Below, piece after piece: positions 21,278 through 29,687 of a DNA stretch of 64,000 nt. The stretch comes from Alphaproteobacteria bacterium. Lineage in GTDB: Bacteria > Pseudomonadota > Alphaproteobacteria > SP197. Below the pieces are notes generated by a model. The model had not been told where the DNA came from, did no database searches, and saw only the letters and a list, made by a program, of their open reading frames with translations. The first letter of the stretch is position 1; each line of letters starts with the position of its first letter. Location of the stretch: assembly GCA_964291415.2 (NCBI GenBank), contig OZ219919.1, forward strand, positions 64,001 to 128,000, written 5' to 3'. The translations under genes and the position numbers were made by a program.

Positions 21278-22816
21278 ATGCGGCGATCACGGCGGCAGGC
21301 CGCTGGCAGAAGGAAGGAACAGGGAGGATCCCGCAAGGTTCCGCAGCTGCCGTGGACCGTTGTGCGCAATCCCTACCCGGCGGTGGACATTGCCGGAGAC
21401 GACGATGTCGAGGCCATACACGACGCCTCGATGCGCGTCCTCGAGGAAACAGGGATCAACATTCTCCTCGGGGAGGCGCGCGATATCCTCCGTGACGCCG
21501 GTGTCGCCGTCACACCGGGCGAGACCCGGGTGCGGTTCGAGCGCGGCTTCATCGAGGAAGCGGTTGCGCGAGCGCCCCGGCAATGGACCCTCCACGCCCG
21601 CAATCCGGCACGAAGCCGGGTCATGGGGGGCAACCACATCAACTTCTTCCCCGTGGCCGGCAACCCGAATGTCTCCGACCTCGAGGGCGGCCGACGGGCG
21701 GGCAATCTCGCCGACTATCGCAACCTGCTGCGCCTTGCCCAGGTCATCAATGCGGTGCATGGCTGCACGCCCATGCTGGAACCCGTCGAGGTCGATCCCG
21801 ATATCCGCTATCTCGACATCGTTGGCGAACAGCTCTTCCTGACCGACAAGATCGCCTTCGGCTACTCGCTCGGCCGCCGCAAGATCAACGACGCCATCGA
21901 CATGGTCCGCATCGCCCGTGGCATCAGTGACTCCGTACTCCTCGAGGAGCCCAGCATCTGGACGGTCGTCAACTGCAACTCCCCACTGCAGCTCGATGTG
22001 CCGATGCTGCTCGGCATGATCGAAATGGCGCGGCGCAACCAGGTCATCGTCGTCACGCCGTTCACGCTTGCGGGCGCCATGGCGCCGGTATCCATTGCCG
22101 GAGCACTGACCCAGCAGAATGCCGAGGCGCTTGCCGCCATTGCCTTCTGCCAGACGGTGCGACCGGGAACTCCGGTGGTCTACGGCGGCTTTACCAGCAA
22201 TGTCGACATGAAGTCCGGTTCACCGGCCTTTGGCACGCCGGAGTACGTAAAGGCGGTCCTCCTTGGCGGCCAGATGGCGCGTCACTACGCCCTTCCCTAT
22301 CGCTCGTCCATCGTCAACGCCGCCAACTGGCCGGATGCCCAGGCGACCTACGAAAGCGCCATGTCTCTGTGGGCGACCGTCCAGGGTCACACCAACATGG
22401 TGATGCACAGCTTCGGCTGGATGGAAGGGGGACTCAGTGCCTCGTTCGAAAAGATCGCCATTGATCTCGAAATGGTCCAGACCATGATCAAGGCCCTGGA
22501 GCCGGTGGACTTTTCGGAACCCGAACTCGCCGTCGACGCCATTGCCGATGTCGGTCCCGGGGGACACTTCTTCGGTACGCGCCATACTCTCGAACGCTAC
22601 GAAACCGCCTTCTACGAGCCGGTTCTCTCGGACTGGCGCAACTTCGAGACCTGGAAGAGCGACGGCGCCATCGACGCCACCCGGCGGGCCACCAGGGTGT
22701 GGCGTCAGCTACTCGATGAATACGAGACGCCTGACATGGACCCCGGCATTGCAGAAGAACTGACCGCCTTCATCCGCCGGCGAAAGCAGGAAGGCGGCGC
22801 CACGGCAGACGACTGA
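21278..22816 (+). CDS. Trimethylamine methyltransferase (MttB) family protein, non-pyrrolysine
   Basis: IHDASMRVLEETGI, NCNSPL, PFTLAGAMAPVS, YGGFTSNVDMKSGSPAFGTPE, DAQATYES, GWMEGG, VGPGGHFFG; no in-frame amber codon. Confidence 0.92.
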   Translation: MRRSRRQAAGRRKEQGGSRKVPQLPWTVVRNPYPAVDIAGDDDVEAIHDASMRVLEETGINILLGEARDILRDAGVAVTPGETRVRFERGFIEEAVARAPRQWTLHARNPARSRVMGGNHINFFPVAGNPNVSDLEGGRRAGNLADYRNLLRLAQVINAVHGCTPMLEPVEVDPDIRYLDIVGEQLFLTDKIAFGYSLGRRKINDAIDMVRIARGISDSVLLEEPSIWTVVNCNSPLQLDVPMLLGMIEMARRNQVIVVTPFTLAGAMAPVSIAGALTQQNAEALAAIAFCQTVRPGTPVVYGGFTSNVDMKSGSPAFGTPEYVKAVLLGGQMARHYALPYRSSIVNAANWPDAQATYESAMSLWATVQGHTNMVMHSFGWMEGGLSASFEKIAIDLEMVQTMIKALEPVDFSEPELAVDAIADVGPGGHFFGTRHTLERYETAFYEPVLSDWRNFETWKSDGAIDATRRATRVWRQLLDEYETPDMDPGIAEELTAFIRRRKQEGGATADD

Positions 22817-22937
22817 TCCTTGAGGGATCTGTGCCGCCGGTCACTTTCAGGTCTGGACGGCTGTCGGGGCATCGCGCCTGACGTCTGCAACGTCCGGGAG
22901 CATTGCCCGCTCCGCGGGATGATGGTATCTGTCAGAT

Positions 22938-23025
22938 ATCCGTCGGGGTGCTCGAAGAGAGCTGAGAGATCTTGAGTGATCGACCCGTGGAACCTGACCC
23001 GGATCATGCCGGCGTAGGAAACGGA
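22938..23025 (+). ncRNA. TPP riboswitch (THI element)
   Basis: GGGGTGC...GCTGAGA...GACCCGTGGAACCTGACCCGGATCATGCCGGCGTAGGAA directly upstream of thiD. Confidence 0.95.
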
Positions 23026-23089
23026 AAGAGCCCCCGGGTTTTCATCCGCCTCATGCCGTCCGATCCGGATGACACGCGGAGGACACGAT

Positions 23090-23905
23090 GTGGCCACGAT
23101 ACCCGTCGCGCTGACCATCGCTGGTTCCGACAGCGGCGCAGGCGCCGGAATCCAGGCTGACCTCAAGGCGATCGCTTCCTTCGGAGTCTACGGCACCAGC
23201 GTCATCACGGCTGTCACCGCTCAGAACACAGTGGCCGTCACCGCCGTGGCGGAACTCGACCCCGGCGTCGTTGCCGCGCAGATGCGGGCGGTGTTCGACG
23301 ACTTCCAGGTCCGGGCGATCAAGATCGGCATGCTTTCATCGCCCGGAATCATCCGGACCGTCGCCCGCGAACTCGACGGATCGACCGCGCCAGTGGTTCT
23401 GGACCCGGTCATGGTAGCGAAATCGGGAGATGTGCTGCTTCGCGACGAGGCCGTCTCGGCGCTCGTGGAGGAGCTCATTCCCCTTGCCACCGTATTGACG
23501 CCGAACCTCCCCGAGGCGGCACGGCTCCTCGAGACTTCCACTGCCATGACCATGGACGGGATGCGCGAACAGGGCGAGGCACTGCTCGATCTTGGACCAT
23601 CGGCGATCTTGATGAAGGGCGGACACGCGCCCGGCGCCGAGTGCCGGGACATCCTCGTCACCCGAGAAGGCGAACCGAGGGTCTTTTCCGCCTCACGCAT
23701 CGCTACGCGAAACACGCATGGGACGGGGTGCACGCTCTCCGCGGCGATCGCTGCGGGGCTCGCGAGAGGCCGGGCGCTGACGGAAGCGACGGCCGGGGCG
23801 CATGCCTACCTCAACGGTGCCCTGCATGCAGCGGACCGGCTTGACCTTGGATCCGGACACGGGCCCGTTCATCACTTCTACTGGACATCGGGACATGACG
23901 GTTGA
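23090..23905 (+). CDS. thiD: Hydroxymethylpyrimidine/phosphomethylpyrimidine kinase
   Basis: ALTIAGSDSGAGAGIQADLK, KIGML, DPVMVAKSG, NTHGTGCTLS; GTG start after GGAGG. Confidence 0.96.
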   Translation: MATIPVALTIAGSDSGAGAGIQADLKAIASFGVYGTSVITAVTAQNTVAVTAVAELDPGVVAAQMRAVFDDFQVRAIKIGMLSSPGIIRTVARELDGSTAPVVLDPVMVAKSGDVLLRDEAVSALVEELIPLATVLTPNLPEAARLLETSTAMTMDGMREQGEALLDLGPSAILMKGGHAPGAECRDILVTREGEPRVFSASRIATRNTHGTGCTLSAAIAAGLARGRALTEATAGAHAYLNGALHAADRLDLGSGHGPVHHFYWTSGHDG

Positions 23906-24902
23906 TGTCCAGATCCACGGCGCGGGCGTGGCCGGACTCTGCGTGGCCACCGCGATCGTCGAGAGAGGCGGCCGCGTGACGCTCCGTGACAGGCATCCGG
24001 AGCCCGGGGCGCATGCCTGCTCATGGTGGGCCGGCGGCATGCTGGCGCCGGACTGCGAGGGCGAGACGGCGGATGAGGCCGTGGTCAGGTTCGGGCGGGA
24101 GGCTGCCGCGTGGTGGCAGGCACGGACCGACGCCGTGACGTCCAACGGTACCCTGGTCCTGGCGCTGGCGCGGGACGCGGGCGATCTGCAGCGGTTTGCC
24201 CGCCGGACACGCAATCACCGGTCTCTCGACGGCGACGCGATCGACGCGCTCGAGCCCGACCTCGCCGGCAGGTTCCGGCGCGGCCTGTTCTTCCCGAACG
24301 AGGCCCATCTCACGCCCCGCACGGCGCTTCGCGCCCTCGTGCGTCGCCTGAGCGATTGCGGAGTTCTGGTGGAACCGGCCGACGACGGCCCGCCACGACC
24401 TGCATCCGACGGGGTCACCTCAATCGACTGTCGAGGGTTGGCGGCGTGCGATGCTCTGGGTGAACTTCGCGGGGTCAAGGGCGAGATGCTCCTGCTCCGC
24501 TGTGCGGACATTCGTCTCCGCCGGCCGGTCCGCCTGCTGCATCCCCGCATTCCCCTCTACGTGGTACCCCACGGCGACGATGTCTACATGCTCGGCGCCA
24601 CCATGATCGAGGCGAGCGAGAGGGAACGCATCACGGCTCGCTCGCTCCTCGAGCTGCTGTCTGCTGCCTATGCGCTCCACCCGGCATTCGGAGAGGCCGA
24701 AGTGCTGGAAATTGGTGTCGATGCGCGCCCCGCATTTCCCGACAATTGTCCGCGCATCCTGCGTGACGGCCACGCTCTCTACGTAAACGGACTCTTCCGG
24801 CACGGATTCCTGCTGGCGCCGGCCCTGTCGCGCATGGTGGCGGATCTGGTGTTCGAAAGCGATGCTCCGGAGGTGATGGATGAAACTGTATCTCAACGGT
24901 GA
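23895..24902 (+). CDS. thiO: Glycine oxidase
   Basis: GAGVAG, AGGMLAPDCE, LRGVKGEM, RPAFPDN, NGLFRHGFLLAP; position in thi operon. Confidence 0.93.
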   Translation: MTVDVQIHGAGVAGLCVATAIVERGGRVTLRDRHPEPGAHACSWWAGGMLAPDCEGETADEAVVRFGREAAAWWQARTDAVTSNGTLVLALARDAGDLQRFARRTRNHRSLDGDAIDALEPDLAGRFRRGLFFPNEAHLTPRTALRALVRRLSDCGVLVEPADDGPPRPASDGVTSIDCRGLAACDALGELRGVKGEMLLLRCADIRLRRPVRLLHPRIPLYVVPHGDDVYMLGATMIEASERERITARSLLELLSAAYALHPAFGEAEVLEIGVDARPAFPDNCPRILRDGHALYVNGLFRHGFLLAPALSRMVADLVFESDAPEVMDETVSQR

Positions 24903-25077
24903 GGTCTTGGAGGTCGAGGCCGGCACCCTTGCCGCCCTCCTCGAAGAACGCGGCCTCGGCGGTCGCGTGGTCGGTACCGCTGTCAACGAAGTCTTCGTGG
25001 CGGCAGCGAGCCGGGAGACGAGGCAACTCAAGAACGGCGACCGGGTCGAAGTGGTCGCGCCGATGCAGGGGGGATGA
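24880..25077 (+). CDS. thiS: Sulfur carrier protein ThiS
   Basis: MKLYLNGE...AVNEVFV...[13 protein letters not shown]. Confidence 0.95.
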   Translation: MKLYLNGEVLEVEAGTLAALLEERGLGGRVVGTAVNEVFVAAASRETRQLKNGDRVEVVAPMQGG

Positions 25078-25850
25078 TGAGAAAGGACTTCTACGGTACC
25101 GAACTCGCCACGCCTCTCATGCTGGGGACGGCGCAGTATCCCTCTCCCGCAGTGCTCGCAGGCGCGTTTCGCGAGTCGGGCGCATCTGTTGCCACGGTGT
25201 CCCTGCGCCGTGAGGGCAGCGGCGGGGCGGGCGGGGCTTTCTGGGACCTCATCCGCGACCTCGGCGTCCACGTGCTTCCCAACACAGCGGGCTGCCACAC
25301 GGTGAAGGAAGCGGTGACGACCGCGCACATGGCCCGGGAGGTCTTCGCGACGCCCTGGATCAAGCTCGAAGTCATCGGTCACACCGACACGCTGCAGCCG
25401 GACGTCTTCGCCCTCGTCGAGGCAGCTGGAATCCTTGCCGAAGACGGATTCGAGGTTTTCCCCTACACCACCGAGGACCTGGTGGCGGCCGAGCGGCTCG
25501 TGGAGGCGGGCTGCAGGGTCCTGATGCCGTGGGCGGCGCCCATCGGTTCCGGTCTGGGGCCCATCAATGAATACGGCCTTCGCAGCCTGCGCGCCCACTT
25601 TCCCGATATTGCCCTCGTCGTGGACGCAGGCCTGGGACTGCCGTCGCACGCCGCCAGGGTGATGGAGATGGGCTATGACGCCATTCTTGTCAATTCCGCG
25701 GTGGCCCGGGCCGGTGACCCGGTGGCGATGGCGGACGCCTTCGCGAAGTCGGTCGAGGCCGGGGCGGCCGCGGCGGAGGCCGACCCCATGGACACGCGGG
25801 ACATGGCCGCGCCATCGACGCCGGTCATCGGAAAGGCCTTCCTGGCATGA
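25074..25850 (+). CDS. thiG: Thiazole synthase
   Basis: [44 protein letters not shown]. Confidence 0.97.
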   Translation: MMRKDFYGTELATPLMLGTAQYPSPAVLAGAFRESGASVATVSLRREGSGGAGGAFWDLIRDLGVHVLPNTAGCHTVKEAVTTAHMAREVFATPWIKLEVIGHTDTLQPDVFALVEAAGILAEDGFEVFPYTTEDLVAAERLVEAGCRVLMPWAAPIGSGLGPINEYGLRSLRAHFPDIALVVDAGLGLPSHAARVMEMGYDAILVNSAVARAGDPVAMADAFAKSVEAGAAAAEADPMDTRDMAAPSTPVIGKAFLA

Positions 25851-26461
25851 CTCTCGACAGCTTCTACCCGATCTTCGACGACTCGGACTGGCTCCGTCGC
25901 ACGCTGCCGCTGGGCGTGAAACTGGTCCAGCTCAGGATCAAGGAACGACCCGCCGACGAGATATACCGGCAGATCGTCCGGTCGAAGGAACTCTGCGCCC
26001 GGCACGGCGCGGTTCTCGTCGTCAACGACTACTGGCAGGCCGCCATCGATGCCGGCTGCGATTTCGTGCATCTCGGGCAGGAAGACCTCGATACGGCCGA
26101 TGTCGCGGCAATCCGCAAGGCGGGCCTCAGGCTCGGCGTCAGCACCCATGACCACGCCGAACTCGAGCGCGGGCTGGCGCTCGAGCCCGATTACGTGGCG
26201 CTCGGCCCGGTGTACCCGACGATCCTCAAGGCCATGAAATGGAAGGAACAGGGGCTCGAGAGGGTGACGGAGTGGAAGCGACGAATCGGTACCCGTCCGC
26301 TCGTGGCCATAGGCGGCATGACCGTCGAACGCGCGAGCGGTGTCCTGGCGGCCGGCGCCGACATCATCTCGGTGGTGACCGACATCACTCTCGATGCGGA
26401 TCCCGAATCCCGGGTGGCGGCATGGCTGGACGTCACCCGCTACAAGGAAAGGACGACATGA
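25847..26461 (+). CDS. thiE: Thiamine-phosphate synthase
   Basis: [36 protein letters not shown]. Confidence 0.95.
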   Translation: MTLDSFYPIFDDSDWLRRTLPLGVKLVQLRIKERPADEIYRQIVRSKELCARHGAVLVVNDYWQAAIDAGCDFVHLGQEDLDTADVAAIRKAGLRLGVSTHDHAELERGLALEPDYVALGPVYPTILKAMKWKEQGLERVTEWKRRIGTRPLVAIGGMTVERASGVLAAGADIISVVTDITLDADPESRVAAWLDVTRYKERTT

Positions 26462-26547
26462 TGACGACGGACCCGACGACGTCCCCTCGCACGATACCGT
26501 GCCCCCGCGACACGGAACTCCACGCTGCAGGCGGGAGCGCGCCATGA
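26458..26547 (+). pseudogene. 29-aa mini-ORF coupled to thiE and tenA, probably a deletion scar
   Basis: RBS AAGGA; ATGA overlaps at both ends; [29 protein letters not shown]. Confidence 0.45.
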
Positions 26548-27230
26548 TCGCTCCGGATTACGGCAAGGCCTTCGGCCTGTGGCGAACCCACTCAGGCGAC
26601 GCCTGGTCCGCCTATGTCCGCCATCCGTTCGTCGAGAGCCTGGGAGACGGTTCCCTGCCACACCGGGCGTTCCTCAACTACCTCAAGCAGGACTATCTCT
26701 TCCTGGTGAACTTCGCCCGTGCCTGGGCGCTCGCGGTGGTGAAGTCACGGGACATGCGTGAAATGAGGGCAGCCGCTGCAGCCGTGGACGGGTTGGTGAA
26801 CCGCGAGATGGCGCTCCATGTCGAAACGTGTGCGGCAGCGGGCATTTCCGAGGACGACCTTCTCTCCTTGCACGAAGCTCCGCAGAACCTGGCCTACACG
26901 AGGTTCGTCCTCGAAAAGGGGTACTCCGGCGACTATCTCGACCTCATGGCGGCCCTTGCACCCTGCGGCATGGGCTACGGTGAGATCGGCCGGCGCCTTG
27001 CGAGGGAGGCCACCTCGTCTGTCTATCGGGAGTGGATCGACACCTACGGGAACGAGGCCTATCAGGACGGATGCCGGGAGTCCGGCGCGCTGATCGACGA
27101 GGCGCTCGAGAGCCGCCTGGGGCCCCGTTATGCCGAGACCCCGCGCTGGAAAGAGCTCTGTCACGTCTTCGAGATGGCGACCCGTCTCGAGGCGGCGTTC
27201 TGGGAGACCGGCTCGGCAGACTGCGCCTGA
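26544..27230 (+). CDS. tenA: Thiaminase II / aminopyrimidine aminohydrolase
   Basis: HPFV, YLKQDYLFL, EMALH, AYTRF, LAPCGMGYGEIG (catalytic Cys), YREWIDTY, LEAAFW. Confidence 0.93.
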   Translation: MIAPDYGKAFGLWRTHSGDAWSAYVRHPFVESLGDGSLPHRAFLNYLKQDYLFLVNFARAWALAVVKSRDMREMRAAAAAVDGLVNREMALHVETCAAAGISEDDLLSLHEAPQNLAYTRFVLEKGYSGDYLDLMAALAPCGMGYGEIGRRLAREATSSVYREWIDTYGNEAYQDGCRESGALIDEALESRLGPRYAETPRWKELCHVFEMATRLEAAFWETGSADCA

Positions 27231-27369
27231 GGCGCCGGCGATCACTGCAAGCGGGCCCCTCCGAAGTTCCGCCCTCGAGGATCTGCCGGAAGGTATCGGG
27301 GCCGACTGATCCTGAATGCCCGAGCGCCTTGGCAACGCCGGAGTAGATTGGAGGGGAACAGGCTTGGGC

Positions 27370-27440
27370 TTGACATCATGCTACTATCAAGTGGACTATT
27401 TTCCTACATATAGTTGGGCAATTAGTAAACGGGAAAGTCC
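27370..27440 (+). promoter_or_regulatory. AT-rich promoter/operator of the AbiE module
   Basis: TTGACA at 27370; imperfect inverted repeats (ACTATTTTCCTAC/TTGGGCAATTAGT; GGACTATTTTCC/GGAAAGTCC). Confidence 0.6.
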
Positions 27441-28001
27441 ATGCGTACCATCGAAGCTGTCAAGAGCCTGGCCGAGTGGGACCGCTACGGTTGGTCCGTG
27501 TTCACGCTCGCGGATCTGCGCAAACTCTTTCCGCACCGATCGGACAAGACGCTTTCCGAAAGCCTGCGGCGCATGGTGCAGCAGGGGGTGCTTGAGCGGG
27601 TGGCCAACGGGGTCTTCGTCAATCCCCTCTCGGGCCACAGCCGTGTCGGGCTGTTTGAACGGATTGCCTGTGCGATCCGCCACGGCGAATACAACTACAT
27701 CAGCCTGGAATCCGCCCTCTCGGAGTGGGGCGCGATCTCGCAGGTCCCGCAAGCCTATCTGACCGTCATGACGACCGGCAGGAAGGGCACTTTCAGGACT
27801 CCCTACGGCGTGATCGAATTCACCCACACCAGACGGTCGCCGGTGGATATCGCAAGGAACACGATCGAGAGAGGCCGTCCATTGCAGATTGCCACGGCAC
27901 CGGCAGCGCTACGTGATCTTCGGCGTGTGGGACGCAATCTGCATCTCGTCGATCTTGAAGAGATCCAGGAATGTATTGACGCGGAGAACCAGGCATCGTG
28001 A
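27441..28001 (+). CDS. Type IV TA antitoxin, AbiEi family
   Basis: N-terminal wHTH (VFTLADLRKLF...LERVANGVF), YISLESALSEWGAISQVP, TVMTTGR, GVIEFTH. Confidence 0.9.
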   Translation: MRTIEAVKSLAEWDRYGWSVFTLADLRKLFPHRSDKTLSESLRRMVQQGVLERVANGVFVNPLSGHSRVGLFERIACAIRHGEYNYISLESALSEWGAISQVPQAYLTVMTTGRKGTFRTPYGVIEFTHTRRSPVDIARNTIERGRPLQIATAPAALRDLRRVGRNLHLVDLEEIQECIDAENQAS

Positions 28002-28882
28002 ACGAAGGAGGTATTCTCCGCGAACTGGCCGACATCGCTCTTCAGCGCAATCCCCAACTCGCGGGCATGGAAGTCATCGTCGAGAAGGAATTGCTGCACT
28101 ACGAACTGCTGAACGTTCTCCAGCGCGGGCGTTGGCTCGATGGTCTGACATTCCAGGGCGGTACGGCACTTCGACTGTGCCATGGGTCCTCCCGGCTGAA
28201 CGAGGACCTGGACTTTTCGGGCGGACCGGATTTTGCCGCCAGGTCCATGGACGGACTGGCCGCATTACTGGAGCAAACACTCTCCGACCGAGGGCTGTGT
28301 GTCGATGTAGGACCTCCGAAGGATCCCATCAGCCATCGCCCTTCAGGCGACGGCGTGTGCACCTGGCGCATCTCATTCGAAATCCGACCCCGCGGACGTG
28401 ACGTCCGCAGACAGATGGTCAAACTCGATATCGACAATGCGCCGACCTACACGGATGAACCGGGAGCAATTGCCCAGAATTACGGTGTGACGCGATCCTC
28501 CGAGATGCTCGTGCGTGTCCAGAGCCGGGAGGAGATCCTTGCCGGCAAGCTCGTGGCCTTTCCCGGCTCGGTAGCGAACCAGGACCGCCCACGCTACCGC
28601 GATGTCTGGGACATGAATTGGCTCACGAGGACCGGAACGGCAGTCCGGGCGGATCTTCTGCGCGCCAAGCTGGATGACCGGCGCCTTGACCGATCCCGGC
28701 TGGAGACCGCGGCAGCAAAGGCCGGGGACATCGTCCGGTCCTCAGCATTTGCTTCCGAGATGAGGCGATTCCTGCTGCCGCATGTTGTCGAGGACACACT
28801 CGACAACCCGATGTACATGGAGTTTCTCGCCACCGAGACCGCGCGCCTGATGCGGTTGGCCGATTCCTGTCTCGACGAATAG
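27998..28882 (+). CDS. Type IV TA toxin, AbiEii nucleotidyltransferase
   Basis: VEKELLH, FQGGTALRLCHGSSRLNEDLDF, EILAGKLVA, RYRDVWD; GTGA overlap with the antitoxin. Confidence 0.92.
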   Translation: MNEGGILRELADIALQRNPQLAGMEVIVEKELLHYELLNVLQRGRWLDGLTFQGGTALRLCHGSSRLNEDLDFSGGPDFAARSMDGLAALLEQTLSDRGLCVDVGPPKDPISHRPSGDGVCTWRISFEIRPRGRDVRRQMVKLDIDNAPTYTDEPGAIAQNYGVTRSSEMLVRVQSREEILAGKLVAFPGSVANQDRPRYRDVWDMNWLTRTGTAVRADLLRAKLDDRRLDRSRLETAAAKAGDIVRSSAFASEMRRFLLPHVVEDTLDNPMYMEFLATETARLMRLADSCLDE

Positions 28883-29045
28883 AACCGCAACAACTCCGGC
28901 CAGAGCCAATCAAGCCGCCGTTCCCCATCGACTGCGGGCGAGGTTTCGTCTCGGACCGGCATGTCGTCCGAATGATGCGAGGGGCGATCGCCCTCCTGGA
29001 ACAGCAGGACCCGGTCCAATGGCATGAACCTGCGGACGGTCGGGA

Positions 29046-29687
29046 TCATTCGATGACGAGGTCGCCGAGTTCCGCCTCGATGACGCCGTTGGTGTCATCG
29101 CTGTCCGCAGAGATGCCGAGACCGAGAAGGACGCCAGGTGGCATGCCAAAGGCCCGGCGAAAGTCGGCGTCGAGGTCGACGGATTCGGCGAATGTACCGT
29201 TCCCGGTTCCCCTGAGGGGAACAAGAACGCCGCGCGGCTCGAGGTAGGGGCTGCTGACGATCGTGCCGGGTTCGTGGTTTCCGCCCCGGACATAGACGAG
29301 GATGCGCACCGCCTCGTGCTGGAAGACCCGATCAGGGGAAGCATTCTCAAGGCCGCTTGCGAGCTCTTGCGGCGCGAACAGGAAATAGAGAGCGATGTTG
29401 CGATCGTCACCGCCCTTGAGCGAGAGATCCGTGGGCGCCACGCCCTGCTCCACCGACCAGTACCAGCTCGCCTGACGGGCATGGCGAACATCCGGCGGAG
29501 CGGAACGCCAGAGAACGGATACGCTGTCGTCGGACCGGATCTTCAGCCGGGTGCCTTCCTGGATGTACTCGTTGGCGGAGCGGAACAGAAAGGACTGGTC
29601 CTGCCAGCTTCCATCGAACATGACCGGGTTGGCCGAAGCCCACACAGGCGTGAGGAACAGGACGGCAAGAACGGCGATGGCTCTCAT
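29046..29687 (-). CDS. Secreted DUF3047-like protein
   Basis: Signal peptide; SWYWSVEQGV, DLSLKGGDDRNIALYF, ESVDLDADFRRAFG, ISADSDDT. Confidence 0.8.
   Translation of the reverse strand: MRAIAVLAVLFLTPVWASANPVMFDGSWQDQSFLFRSANEYIQEGTRLKIRSDDSVSVLWRSAPPDVRHARQASWYWSVEQGVAPTDLSLKGGDDRNIALYFLFAPQELASGLENASPDRVFQHEAVRILVYVRGGNHEPGTIVSSPYLEPRGVLVPLRGTGNGTFAESVDLDADFRRAFGMPPGVLLGLGISADSDDTNGVIEAELGDLVIE

Larger units (their letters stand above)
17610..21303 (+). repeat. Tandem duplication with a unit of about 1,846 bp (17610-19455 and 19456-21303)
   Basis: Both units start CCGGTGAAGCCA, carry the SBP gene and terminator, and end in the first codons of mttB (ATGCGGCGATCACGGCGGCAGGCCGC). Confidence 0.93.

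Noticed and set aside
21278-22816. Pyrrolysine recoding in MttB
   Set aside because: No in-frame TAG; the DAQ..YE(S/K) motif is of the non-Pyl type in both paralogs.
27330-28930. Terminal inverted repeats around the AbiE module
   Set aside because: Only short, gapped matches (ACTCCGGC, GTTCCCC) in inconsistent order, with no transposase or target-site duplication.
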